NCBI GenBank assembly: GCA_030295235.1
Contig: AP026142.1
Coordinates: 620,001 to 684,000 of the forward strand
DNA: 64,000 nt
From: Fistulifera solaris
Lineage: Eukaryota
Direction: 5' to 3'
The notes beneath the pieces are model-generated. The model ran no database searches and was not told the DNA's origin. It saw only the letters and a program-made list of their open reading frames with translations. The translations under genes were made by a program, and so were the position numbers. Of this stretch, positions 12,772 to 25,743 are shown piece after piece; positions within the stretch are counted from its first letter, which is position 1, and every line of letters begins with the position of its first letter.

Positions 12772-13212
12772 GACTAACAATGATTATTTCAGATCGTTTA
12801 TCAATCCAATCCTTTTGCGCTTCGTTGTTCTACTATTGATTTTCCAAGAAGATGCTGTCAAACAAGGTGTGTCGTCAGTGTGTCAGCCTTCTTTGTTGTG
12901 CGATTCCGCGAGAACGAGAAAATGCGGAAGCATGACAAACGTCAGTAACCTTGTCCTTAGCGGTTTTGGTCGTTGCTAACTATAGCATGAGGAGAGTCAG
13001 TAGTCTTTTGTACTGGAAAATAAAAGGTCGACCCATGTCGAAAAAAGCGAAAAAGGCAAAATCTAGCCGCAAGAGCTAGCCGAGTTTCTATTATGACAAT
13101 TGTTGGCTGACGGCTGGTGGCCAGTCTTGACTAATCTTACCTTGTGCCACGGAGTTTTCCATTGGTAATTATCTTCTGTTCTTTGGGCTTTGGGCCTCTT
13201 CCGATCGAGAGA

Positions 13213-13240
13213 CTCATGGCTCATGGCTCATGGCTCATGG
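13213..13240. repeat. (CTCATGG)x4 heptamer repeat
   Basis: Read directly from the sequence. Confidence 0.9.
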
Positions 13241-14147
13241 TCTATGTAATCGCGAACAAGAGAAAAAGGCAACACAATTTCCCTTATTTAATTGTCTACC
13301 TTATACTCCGGACTCCGGACTCCGGAGTCCGGAGTAGTTGAGAGTTGATAGTGATACCTGTACTCTGTACTCTCAAGTCTCAAGGGGCGAAAATTAGAGA
13401 AATAGAAAATAGTAGATAGGGAGTGTAGAGAGTAGAGAGACTATCTTCTCTCTTCTCTCCAGGCTCCAGGCTCTGGGCTTTACATTGGACTTCGACTACC
13501 TGGTATCAACTTCAACTCCACATCAAAGATCTAGAGACTATGACCCCGTAAGCCGTAAGGCTTCCGGACTTCATGTCACCGCTCGCTGCTCGCCCGATTT
13601 GTTCTTGCTTGCATGCCTTGTTCAAGCTTGCGGCAGATGGCGGCAGCCGGCAAGATCAGGCCGATGATGGATCCTCGATTCTTGATTGGGCAGCGCTAGC
13701 AGCTGTCGACCGTGCTCCGTGGAAAGTTCAACCTTCCACTATGTCTTTGTCGAGTATAGAGAGTGTGGAGTGTGAAGTTCTGCGTTCTGCAATCTGCCAG
13801 CATGGATTTACCTTGCTTATGGTTTCCGATGTGTGATCTATTTTCCCTGTTGTCTCTTTTCCCTCATTCGCTGTCGGAGTTCCAAGTTCGCTTTTTCTCC
13901 TAATCCACAACCTCACTTTAATCGATACTCAAAAAGAATTTAGTCTCAAGGACGGTTGGGATGGTACATTCAAAGTAAAAATAATGTCCTCAACGGCATG
14001 GACATGGTAGGAAAATCTCAAGACTTCGGTCATCTGAAAATGCTAGATTCGCCCCCCCCCCCAAATGAAATGAACCACCCAGCCACCCATCATTTGACGA
14101 CAAAAACTTCTCATAAAACTGTTTTTTTTTTCTCGATAACTTCATTT

Positions 14148-14172
14148 GATCTGATCTGATCTGATCTGATCT
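14148..14172. repeat. (GATCT)x5 microsatellite
   Basis: Read directly, just upstream of ATG 14191. Confidence 0.9.
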
Positions 14173-14190
14173 GTCACATCGAAAAGCAAA

Positions 14191-17100
14191 ATGTTCCCAC
14201 AACAAATTCAATTTGATTCTTCGGAATCGTCTCGGTCTCTCTCTTCAAAGCACGATGGTGAAAGCACTTCCGATCCGTCGCAGTCGAACAACACGACCGG
14301 CCGTTCTGATGGTTCTACATCAAATGGAAGCTTCACGAAGAACTTAAACGACAGTTGTCAACCGCACCAAATTGCTTGTTTACGTCAGTCTACTTCTTGC
14401 TGGCGTTGCAATATCCGTGGCGGCGTACTTCTTTCGCGAAAAACAAAGAACAGAGCGATTTCGGAAGCAGAAGTATGTAAAACAGTTTGTGTCGTTTCAA
14501 AGTGTTTTTGACGAATAAATAAAATGTCTCTCACGTTTCATTTTGCGCCAGTTTCGCGAATTTAGCAGCTGAAATTATCGACGTCTCCGAAACAAATGTA
14601 GACAACACAGTGGGCCAAGTTCATAGTCTGGCAATCAGTATTTCTTCGCATGCGACCACCATGGATAAAGATGCCGTGTGGCCCAATGTCACACTCCCTC
14701 ACTTCCCTCGAAGCGTGAGCGACGCCGTATCTCTGACGGGTTCCGAGCTCTTTGGATTCACGCCCATGGTCCCTGTTGCACAGAAATCCTCCTTTGAGAT
14801 ATACGCTGCTGCCGAGTGGATCAAAAATAACGAGGGGTTCATTCCTACTGAAATGCACAATGTTGACGGTGAAGCCACGACTGACGTGTCACAACAAGGT
14901 GTCTACGCTCCATTGTGGCAAGTCGCTCTAAAGCCAACAATCTAGACATAATGCTTCTCGACATGACAACGTTTCCCTGGTTCCAGCAGCTGGAAATGGA
15001 TATTCTCGAGGTCCATCACGCCGTCATGTCAGGCATCGTGGATGTTGAATACTTGTTGAAGGCGACCCGGTCGGTCGAATTGACAGAATGGCATCCACGC
15101 TCTGTTATCATGCAAGACATTCCCATGAGCATGGCAACCGGAGAAAACGCCAGAGACACTGAGACTAACGACGAGTCCGGGGCGGTTTTGTGTTCGCTGT
15201 ATTGCCCTGGGAGCGGTTCTTCCAAAATGTCATTCCCCACGAGTTGCATGGTTTTTTAGTCGAAATCAATGACCATTGCGGATCGATCGTCACATACCGG
15301 ATCGACGGCCATGAAGCCACTGTTTTAGGGAATGGCAACTTACACGATTCCAAGTACGATTACTTGCACTTGGATAGCGATTTCGCTGGCTCCGCTAGAT
15401 ATGATGGAACAGACTCATCCGGCTGCTCATTGCTATTACGTCATCGACGTGTACCCGACGGACAAGCTCAAGGAACTTTACACGACGCATACCCCGATTT
15501 TGTTTGCATCGGCTATTTTGGGCGTCTTCCTTTTTACCATCGGTATCTTCTTCTGTTACGACTGTGCTGTTGAAAGGCGGCAAAGACGCATAGCGAGTAT
15601 CGCCAAGCGCACGAACAATATTGTCAAGTCGCTCTTCCCCAAGAACGTACAAGAACGCATCATTGCAGAGGCGATAGAAGAAACCGAAAAGGCAGAGCAG
15701 GCCGGAAAACTCAAAGGAAAGGGAGCATACCATCTCAGCGCCGAAAGACCGACTCAAAGAAACACTGGCGAATTCCTTGCAAGGTAATAAAGGTCATCAC
15801 GCAAATAAGAACGTACCACCAATTGCGGATCTTTTCCCTTCCACGACAATCATGGTACGTAATACAAAAACGAATATAACGTTGCTCAATGTGACCGAAT
15901 ACATCTAGTTATCTCACGGTTTCGACGTTCTTGGTCCATTTCACAAAAGTTCGCAGATTTGGTCGGTAAGTATGAAAGATTTACGTCGCGAGCGCTCTCT
16001 TCGGTTTACTCACCTACTTACCCTTTCTGTGCTTCGACAGGTTTCACTGCGTGGAGTTCAATGCGCGAGCCTGCGCAAGTCTTCCTTCTTCTTGAAACAA
16101 TTTATTCCGAATTTGATCTAATTGCACACAAAAGACGAATCTTCAAGGTCGAGACTGTCGGAGACTGCTACGTCAGCGGCATGTGGTCTTCCGGATCCTC
16201 GTCAGCGACCACGCTGTTGCCATGGCCCGTTTCGCCAGAGACTGCCGTGCCTGCATGTTGTCCCTGATGACACAGCTCGAGATCACATTGGGACCCCGAC
16301 ACCGGAGAGCTCGGACTGAGAATCGGATTGCACAGTGGCCCAGTGACGGTAAGCCTAGTATATGCACATTGCACCTGTCATCCTAACCTTAAAAGTTTGC
16401 TAACCCGCCCCTGCTTAAACGAACAACTGACAGGGAGGGCGTTCTTCGCGGTGACAAAGCCCGCTTCCAGCTTTTTGGAGACACTATGAATACCACCGCA
16501 CGTATCGGAAACGACGGAAAGAAAAACATGATCCACATCTCAGAAACCACAGCCAACATCTTGCAGGCATTTGGTAAAGGTCACTGGACTAAACTGCGCG
16601 AAGACAAGGTCAATGCCAAAGGCAAAGGGGAAATGACCACGTACTGGCTGGTCAAGACGGACGGTCCAAAGTCGACATCCTCGGGCATCTCGTCCAGCGA
16701 AGGTACTGGTACCGGTACCGAACGGACCAAGATGACGATGCCAACAGTGTGGACACCAGAGTTGTCTTTCAAAGCGAAGAAGTCAATGTTGCCGATTCAA
16801 ACATCTTAACCGACAAGGCCCTGCGCTTAGTCAAATGGAACTCGGATGTCATCGGCAGGATTCTCAAAGATGTCATGCAACGACGACAAGCGGTGAATGT
16901 CTCTGCCGATCTCGAAGCGGTGCGTCGACTTGAGAAGGACTCTTCCATCGGACATGTCTTCGGCGAAATCACTGAAGTGTTGGACCTTCCGAAATTCGAT
17001 GCTGAGGCAACGGCACGTCAAAGTGCACTGAACCCCATTGCGTTGGATCAAAGAGCAGTGCAGCAACTTGAGGCGACGTCCACGCAATCGCTACCTTATA

Positions 17101-18178
17101 CCATAACAACCCGTTCCACAACTTCGAGCACGTCAGTCATGTCATCATGTCCGTCACCAAACTCTTCTCACGAATCGTGGCCGAGGTCTCTGGAGACAAT
17201 CGTACCCTCCACGATCACACGTACGGCATTACGTCGGATCCACTCACACATTTTGCCGCTGTTTTTGCAGCTCTCATCCATGATGTAGATCATCAGGGTG
17301 TCGCCAATGCTACTCGTCGACGAAAACAATCCCCTTGCCACCGTCTACAACAACAAGAGCGTCGCCGAGCAGAACTCAGTGGACATTGCCTGGTCGCTCC
17401 TCATGGACGATGCGTTCATTGATTTCCGGAACTGTATCTACACAACCCCGGGCGGGAGTATCGTCACTTCCGGCAGCTCGTTGTCAACTTGGTCATGGCG
17501 ACCGATATTATGGACAAGTCTTTGAGTCAGGCTCGCAAAGATCGATGGGCCAAGGCTTTTTCCGACAGCAGTGACGAATATGGGAGTTCGCTGGAGAAGC
17601 TTGAGGAAGAAAATGAGCGAAATGTCAATCGCAAGGCGACCATTGTCCTTGAGCATGTCATTCAGGCGTCCGATGTCTCCCACACGATGCAACACTGGCA
17701 CATCTACCGCAAATGGAACGCTCGCCTCTTTGAAGAGATGATGAAGGCCTATCGTCAAGGACGTACACAGGTAAATCCTGCCGATCGTTGGTACGAGGGT
17801 GAAAAGGGCTTCTTTGACTTTTACATCATTCCTCTGGCGAAGAAGCTGAAAGATTGCGGTGTCTTCGGTGTTTCGAGTGAAGAGTACTTGAATTATGCCG
17901 AAACGAATCGCAAAGAGTGGGAAGCCAAGGGCGAAGCTATCGTTGCAGAGATGATTGACAAGTTTCAGGAGGATCCATTTCCTAAAATCACCCATGAAGG
18001 AAATGATTTGTGTTCTTACTTCTCGATAAAAATGGATAGAATTCTTCAAGCCAAGTACACAATCTTTTCGTCTTTGCTTTTCAATATTGTTAATTGTAGA
18101 AGTTCGATCGTCAAACGAAGAATCGGAAATGTTCGAACATTTGCTCAAGCTGCTTTCGAATACGCCTTTTTCTATTGA
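14191..18178 (+). CDS. receptor-type nucleotide cyclase / cyclic-nucleotide phosphodiesterase fusion (heavily frameshifted)
   Basis: N-terminal TM, extracellular region, TM ILFASAILGVFLFTIGIFF. Class III cyclase motifs FADL-GFT, KVETVGDCY, RIGLHSGPV, RFQLFGDTMNTTAR. PDE motifs PFHNFEH, HDVDHQG, ASDVSH. Several GT-AG introns. Ends are approximate. Confidence 0.85.
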
Positions 18179-18338
18179 TGCAAACATTAAGAACTATTTG
18201 GTATATTGAGCTCTTAGTTCCAACAAGTGAATGACCAAATGATACGTAGTACTCAAAGTACGTGGTATCTTCCTTTTGAGCGGCAGTCAAAATGTCGTTG
18301 TCATCGTCATCATCCGAGCGACAATGGGCCTCGATGAT

Positions 18339-18360
18339 TCATGACTGAAACGCAGTCGTG
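18339..18360 (-). promoter_or_regulatory. bipartite intergenic element, dyad half only
   Basis: Minus strand reads CACGACTG-CGTT-TCAGTCATGA; function unknown. Confidence 0.6.
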
Positions 18361-18536
18361 GTGAAAGTTCGTAAGCAAGAATAAAAAACGCTAGGAGTTA
18401 CATTGGAATCAATCTAGGCGTGCAATAAAATTTCTGCTAAACGTGATTTCTTTGTGTTAGCGGCATATGTTCAGCTTATCAAATTAGCCAAATTTACGAA
18501 AATAAGGTAGAAGGGTGGCTCGAAAAAAATCATGAT

Positions 18537-18589
18537 TCGTGACTGATATGCAATCGTGGTTAAAAGTCGCCATCACTTTGGATCTATAG
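18537..18589 (-). promoter_or_regulatory. bipartite 53-bp intergenic element, full copy
   Basis: Minus strand reads CTATA-GATCC-AAAGTGAT-N13-CACGATTG-CATA-TCAGTCACGA; function unknown. Confidence 0.65.
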
Positions 18590-18737
18590 TAAATCGAAAG
18601 AATAGAATCATCATCCGCGAGGATCTTCGAGGCCAATGGAGAGAATCTGAAGAAGCTAATTGTATAAAGTTCACCGTACATTGCTTGTTGAAAAATTAGC
18701 AATGTAGGAATAAATGTTAGTAGTCTAATGAAGAGCG

Positions 18738-21327
18738 TTAGCTTACTTGCTCGATACCCAACTGCGCAATGATCGCATCGTAACGCTGCTGGCTCGGCAT
18801 ACCATTCTCAAGAGATAGTAGCGCAGGAGAGAGTCGACGAAAAGAATTCAAGAATGCCATGGCTGCCGAGCAATCTTCGCCTCCTACGGCACTATCCTCA
18901 GGAGTATGCAGGATCTCTCCTTTGTTTCTCTTGCGGGGTCGATATTCAAAGTTCTCCAACTCTTCGGCCTTACGCTTTGCATCCTCGATAACCAATGCTG
19001 GGACATTCGCCATTTCGGCGACCTGGATACCAAAAGATTCCAAACAGGGACCCGGTTTCACTTGATACAAAAAAGTAAGCCCTTGTCGAGCTTTGTGGGC
19101 AGTCACATGGCAGTTTTGAACAACTGCGTGGCTTTCTTCTAATGCGGTGAGCTCGTGGAAATGAGTTGCAAAGACAGTGATGCAACCAATTTTGTCAATC
19201 AGAAACTCGGAGATCGCACGCGCCAAACCATAGCCGTCGAACGTACTGGTACCACGGCCCAACTCGTCGATGATAATCAGGCTTCGCTTCGAAGCAATAC
19301 GAAGGATGGAGGCAGCTTCGAGCATTTCCGCCATAAATGTGGAAATACCGCGTTCTTGCAAATCACCAGCTCCTACTCGAGCCAATATGTGATGGCAAAT
19401 ATTGATCTTCGCCGACGAGCATGGAACAAATGAGCCAATCTGTGCCATAGTCACGATGGCGCCAAGCGCGCGAATGTAAGTTGACTTTCCACCCACTTGA
19501 AATCACAAAGAACGTGTGAGATGGCTTCTAGATAGTTAAGAGGAACGGCTGTACTTACTGTTCGGCCCGGTCACGATTAGAAAGTTCGACTTGTCAAGCA
19601 CCAGATTGACATCGTTGGGAATAAATTCAACATTTTCCTGAAGTTCTACGCAGGGATGTCGCGCTGCTTTTAATTCAATACCTCCACCCTCTTCAAGATT
19701 GGTCAATTGCGGTCGACAATATCCATGGGGGCTATAAGCGGCGACATTGGCCAGAGCGCACAGAACATCGAGGAGTGCTGTGGCGTCACTCGCTTGCTGC
19801 AAAACTTGCTGGTATGTAGCGGCCACTTGCAAAGCATCGGCTGCAATCTGCGTCTGGTGGCGATTGTATTCGGCCAGTAGGTCTTGCTGTTGAATGGCCA
19901 ATTCGCGGAGACGCTTTGTACTAAAGTAAACCCCATTTTTCAACAAGCGATGGATCTGCACCTGTGGTAGTTGTTGCTGTAGAATCTTGGAGTCATTCGT
20001 ATTCGGAAGTCGAAACTGCCAGCTTTCGCTATCGGACTCGAGTCGCACTGCCCCGGTGTTACCCGTAATACTCGCCCACCTATCATTCATGTCATCATGG
20101 CAAGCTTGAAGATCATTTTGAACATTCTTCAGTTCACGAGCAATATCTTCAAGCTCAGGTTGGTAGGTAGCTTGCACTAAGAATTCACGCGGTGCTGCGT
20201 CCAGATCGAGAACAGCGGTGGCTAACTCAACTGACTTGGATAAAGCCGACACTGCCTCTTTCAAGGGAGTCACAACTTTGTCTTCCAACAAAGGAGGCAT
20301 CGTGTCAGGGCATTCATTCATGAGCTGTTCCAGCAAAAGAGGCAACTTTTGCGCGCTAATCATGTAGAGTTCATACAGCGTCTTGAGAGCATCTTTGGTA
20401 CGAAAGGATGCGTTTTCTTCGTTACCCTGTCCATATTCGGCCAAAGCAGCCGCCAGTTTACCCAGATCTTGACCTTTGAGCAGTCGCAAACCTTCCGAGC
20501 GGACCGCTTCCAATGCCACCGAATGATGCACCCAATATTCCACAGCATCTTGTCGGGCCGCCAGTGCTCCTAAATGTACTAAAGGCTGCCTTAGCCACAT
20601 CTCGAGTAGCCGCTTCGCCATCGGTGTCAAACAGGGCTGACTCAACAAATTTGCTATGGAATTGTTGTGCGTCAAGCCACCCGTGTGCGCCGCCGCTCCT
20701 TCCCCCCTACGGGTGGCCACAAATGTATAGCTTGAGCAGCGGTCCGATCCAAGTAAAGATGCGATTCCAAAACACCCACTTGCAATGCTTCTAATTCAAC
20801 GTTTGTTTCATCCCACCATCCGTGTGCTTGCAAGAAAAACACCAAACCCTTAGAAACCGCCGAATTGCCGCTCACTTCTGTATCTCCGGCGACTTGCAAA
20901 TACTGCTCTTCCGGCAGCATATCTTTCAACACGGAGGGCAAGCGTTCGAGAGCGGCGGCAGACGCGGACCATGATGAATGATACTGAACGATGTTTTCGG
21001 CGTCGGCCTCATCGTCGGTTGTGACAAGAGAATATTCCGTTTGACGCGATTCGAGCCAGTGGAGTAATTTCGGGACGACAGTGTTGTTCTTGGACATAAA
21101 ATCGGCCACGTGAATGACGGAAACGGGCGCGAGGCGGAGCAACAGGGCGTCCGTATGAAGAAAATCTTGTCGCGGATGATCCCAATACGAGTAATACGTC
21201 AAAACTTTGGCCTGCAGCACACAAAGAGTCACTTGCACGCGCTGACTGTAAAAGGATCGGCATTGTGGGCTCCTGTGGGCTTGGAAAGCACCAACGCGAC
21301 CGTCGAATGAGTTGATAAATCCGTCAT
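18738..21327 (-). CDS. MSH2: DNA mismatch repair protein MSH2
   Basis: [26 protein letters not shown], Walker A TGPN/MGGKSTY across intron 19496-19558, [36 protein letters not shown]. Frameshifts near 20720 and 21230; start tentative. Confidence 0.9.
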
Positions 21328-22253
21328 TTTTGTATCTGAAAAGCTTCTCTGCTCCGAAAGACTTGGATGTACTTGTTTCTTCTTTCTGTGCTATGGCTTT
21401 TCTTCCTCTGCAGTCTAATAAAGGTGCAGTACGCTGGACTTTCGAATGCAATCGTGATGCAATTGTTCAAATAATGATATTTGTACCAGGGAATGGCAAA
21501 GGGCTCTCCCTTTCGCACCTCCCTCGCGCCGCAACCCTTCACAGAAACAGGCCCCATCGTTTTTGGTGGGAAGTCTCGCACGCAAGGCTCGCGTTTATCG
21601 CGCCTGTCGGCCCAATTGGAAGCAACGTAAAATATGTTGCACGCCTGCATCTCTATCGCGCGCATGAGGATACTCCAGTAAGATCAATAGTTACGAGCTA
21701 GGATCGCTCCACTCCGCATTCAGATCATCCGATTACTTACAAATATCGATTACGTATTCCGTAACAATCTTCACCTAAGTCTTTTAATGCTACAAGAAGA
21801 ACAATAGATGAAGTAGAGATCTTGTGCAAAAAGCTGTGTATCTCAACCCAAGGAAAAGATAGATTTCCAGGTCTTGAACGTAGCCAGATCATTTGATTTT
21901 TAGATCGCAGTCGAATGTTATTCATGGCAAAAAAACGGGCAACTCGATTTCGTTGCAGAGATGATTGCCAAGCTCGAAGTGGAATATTTTCCCAAAAACA
22001 TTCATAAAACATCAGCCATGGATCCGGCGATTGCAGCGACGATACTTCGCTGGATGGATATGCTTTTCCACAAAGTAAGAAAAATATCCTTTGGCAACTT
22101 CATAATTATCGTCATCGTGTTAGTAACATAAACAGAGTTGTCTTCAACTATTAGAACCGTCGTCCAATCCACCGGGCAATACCAATCAACCAAAGACTGT
22201 GATTCGACGCGTAGTTCCGAATAAAGTCTTTCAAGAAGGTTACTTGGGTATTG

Positions 22254-23062
22254 CTATTTCCCTAGCGATGCGAGTCGATAGCGCTGAAAGTTTTGTAGTT
22301 TCTTGATTGGATGACGCAATAGCCAGCCTGCCAGAAAGGACAAGAGAACCAAGCAATCTGTGAGTCATGTCCAAAATTCAATTATATAAACAAAGTTTCG
22401 TTTTCTAGGCTCCTTGTCATTTCCTACCATTTCCCCGATCTCGACCGTATTCATCTTCAAATTGCACCGCCTGTTCGTAAAGAGCATCAAAGTCATCCGA
22501 CAATTGTACGCGCGAGTTCTTGGCGAAATAGACGCCCTCATCCCACTGTGAGTAAGTAATTCCTTCTCCACTGACTAGTTTTTCAACTTGTCGCATGACA
22601 CTTTTCAAATTCTGCGTACTGAGTTGTTCTTGCGTATGCAAATAGTCTTCCAAATCGTCCATCCAGGCCACTTCTTGACGTAATTGCTGACGCTGTTCGG
22701 CGGTGAGTGCTGTCGTATTGTGCACGATACGACGCTTTTGGTTTTCGCACGAGAAATATCATGATCGACGTTCCGATGATCATCATCATCATTCAGCATT
22801 TGAAATGGTTCCGGTGTTTTGCTTTGACGCGTACTCCGTCGTACGACGACCGGTGATTTTTCCTTGACCACGGATCGTTTTCGCGGCAAAACTGCTTTCT
22901 TTTCAGAAGCGCAAAACTCACTTGATCCAAGCCTTTGGCTTTCAAATGTTCTTGATTGTATCGAATGTTCGCGGCGCGTTTTTCTTCGTACGTGTTGTAA
23001 TAAACACCATCTTTGGCCAAGTGTTGTTGTGTCGTTGTTGACGCATTGTTGTCAAGAACCAT
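22254..23062 (-). CDS. hypothetical protein (frameshifted, one intron)
   Basis: Coding-like segments YEEKRAANIRYNQEHLKAKGL and WMDDLEDYL..GRDRGNG splice to WLLRHPIKKLQNFQRY..*; no family recognised. Confidence 0.6.
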
Positions 23063-23327
23063 GATGTAAGCACAAATAATAGGAAGGGGAAAGGGAAGAG
23101 TAAACTAGTTTCTTTGACAACTTAGTCACCAGGTGCAAGAACTTTCCTGAGTTTCGTCGAGTGGTTTGTTGTTGTGCAGGCTAGTGCTATAGAGTGCTAC
23201 GTGAAAATAATAATGGGTATGTGAAAATGGGTGTGTGACGTTTCACAGTATTTTAACGACATTCCCTTTATTCGCTTTCGTTTCGTCCGAGGCACGCAAA
23301 AAAGCTTCCGGTACCCAACGTAGCAAG

Positions 23328-23430
23328 AAGACACCACACGCCCAGATTTTCTGGGAATGTCAAAACACCACTCACCCAGATTTTCTGGGAACGTGAAGAC
23401 ACCACACTCCCAGATTTTCTGGGGACGTAC
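23328..23430 (-). repeat. three copies of the 34-bp minisatellite, inverted relative to 36551-36950
   Basis: CCCAGATTTTCTGGG at 23341, 23375 and 23409 (period 34). Confidence 0.9.
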
Positions 23431-23689
23431 AAGGTACATACGTACAAAGTGGTACGGTACCAGGTACGGTACCAGTACCGGTACCGTACCAGGTACCGCC
23501 GGGTAGTAGGCCATCGAGGCGAGGATTATCATCGCATCGTCCGTGCAGCGTTCGAGCGTCCTTTTATGGCCCCACTTTGCACAAAACCGCATCGCAATTG
23601 AAGAATGGAAAACACTACGGAGTATTTGTCATTCGTTCGAAAAACTCTTCATTGAACAGCAGCAATACTATTGTATATTAGTTTTTTTG

Positions 23690-25548
23690 ATGAACATAAG
23701 GGCGACTATTACATTGCACCGGCAGTTGACAAGCCGTTTCTTCTCGACCGAACGACAACGTCGTCGTCGTCTTCCGAATGATGGCAAAGTGTTGCAACAT
23801 TTTCTTTCCGACGGCCGTACTCCATCCGCAACTACTACAGCTTCATTGTTACCTCCTTACCGCGGGACGTTTCATATTAAAACGTACGGATGTCAAATGA
23901 ATGTCAATGATACCGATATTGTACGGAGTGTCTTGTTCCAGGCGGGATGGCAGGAAACCTTGCAAGAACACGACGCCACTGTTTTATTGACCAATACGTG
24001 TGCGATTCGGGAACATGCGGAAACCAAAGTATGGGATCGCCTCAAACAGTTGCGAGCATTGCAACGCAAATCTTCTTACAATAGACACGCCATTGTCGGG
24101 GTTCTCGGTTGCATGGCGGAACGACTACAACAGGATTTATTACAAGACAATTTGGCCGATTTAGTAGTCGGGCCCGATGCGTATCGTGATTTGCCTCGTT
24201 TGTTGAATACACTACTTGATGAAGAAGAAGACCAAGCATTTAATGTACAACTCAGTTTGGAAGAAACGTATGCCGATATTCAACCCGTGCGACGATCGAA
24301 AGAGGATGTCAGTGCCTTTGTTTCCATCCAACGGGGATGTGCGAATCGATGTAGTTTCTGTATTGTACCCTTCACCAGAGGACACGAACGCAGTCGGCCG
24401 ATGCAGAGTATCTTGGATGAGATACAACAATTGCATTTCGAAGAGAACGTCAAGGAAGTCACGTTGTTGGGACAAAATGTCAATTCCTATCATGATACTA
24501 GTGAAACAGCGCGACTCGCGCGACCTTATCAGGATTATCGCATGTCGAATGAAGGCTTCCATTCTCGGATTCGGCGACAGGATGCCGGATACTTTTTTGC
24601 CGATTTGTTGGAAGCCGTCAGTGACATTTCTCCCGAATTACGGGTACGCTTCACATCACCGCATCCCAAAGATTATCCCACTACATTGTTGACACTCATG
24701 GCCGAACGGCCCAATATATGTCAACATTTGCACATGCCGGCGCAGTCGGGATCGACCACTATGCTGCAGCGCATGAAACGCGGTTATACCCGAGAGGCCT
24801 ACTTGCAATTGATGAATGATGTCCACAGCATTCTTCCCGATGTGGCCATTTCGTCCGATTTTATTGCCGGATTCTGCGGAGAAACCGAAGAAGAACACGC
24901 GGATACGCTCTCCTTGATGGAACACGTTCGCTACGATCAGGCGTACATGTTTGCGTACAGCATGCGTGAAAAGACGCACGCGCATCGGACGATGCACGAC
25001 AATGTACCGGAGGATGTTAAACAACGGCGTCTACGTGAAATTATTGACGTCTTTCATCGCACTGTACAGGCAAAGAATGAAGAACGAGAGGTTGGTCGGC
25101 TTCGACTCGTTTTGGTGGAAGGCGAATCGAAGCGGAGTCAACCAGGGAATTTACGTTGGCATGGACGGACAGATCAAAATAAGCGGTTGGTGTTTGCGGT
25201 GGCGGAGAATCGACAATGCTGGACCGATGATGATTTGTTTGGGCAAAAGGATTGTTAATGGATGCAATCCCGGTACCGACTGGCCACTTGTTACCCGGTG
25301 ACTATGCCGTTGTGGAAGTGACTGAGGCGAAAGGTCACACTTTACGAGGTAAGCTGTTGTGGAAAACCTCGCTTGCTCGATTCCAGGCATCGGGGCTGTC
25401 TGGAATCGATATGGAAAAGTCAGGAGCACGCAGCTTCCGTTACGCGTCAACTGAGTCTGCCAACGGAACCTTCCGCTACTTTGGTGCACTGCTAAAGCAA
25501 AGCTATTTTAGTTTAACTAAAGAAAGCCACACAATTCAGGAATCATGA
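23690..25548 (+). CDS. CDK5RAP1: tRNA 2-methylthiotransferase (MiaB/CDK5RAP1), probably mitochondrial
   Basis: TYGCQMNVND, NTCAIRE, radical SAM CxxxCxxC (GCANRCSFC), FTSPHP, C-terminal TRAM region after a frameshift near 25250; Arg-rich N-terminus. Confidence 0.9.
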
Positions 25549-25690
25549 TCTTTTGAACCAGGGTATCTTTGAAGATCCATTCGTTCTGCTAGGTTGGTAA
25601 GCCCTCATTGCGTTCAATAAACAAGTGCACTTTACTTTGTTTGGAAGGATGCGCCGGAAAACCTTACGAAATTGTCCTTTTCTGTATTCC

Positions 25691-25743
25691 CTATATGCCC
25701 AAAGTGTTGTCTGTTTTCCGACACGACTGCATTTCAGTCATGA
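25691..25743 (+). promoter_or_regulatory. bipartite 53-bp intergenic element, full copy
   Basis: CTATA-TGCCC-AAAGTGTT-N13-CACGACTG-CATT-TCAGTCATGA. Confidence 0.65.
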
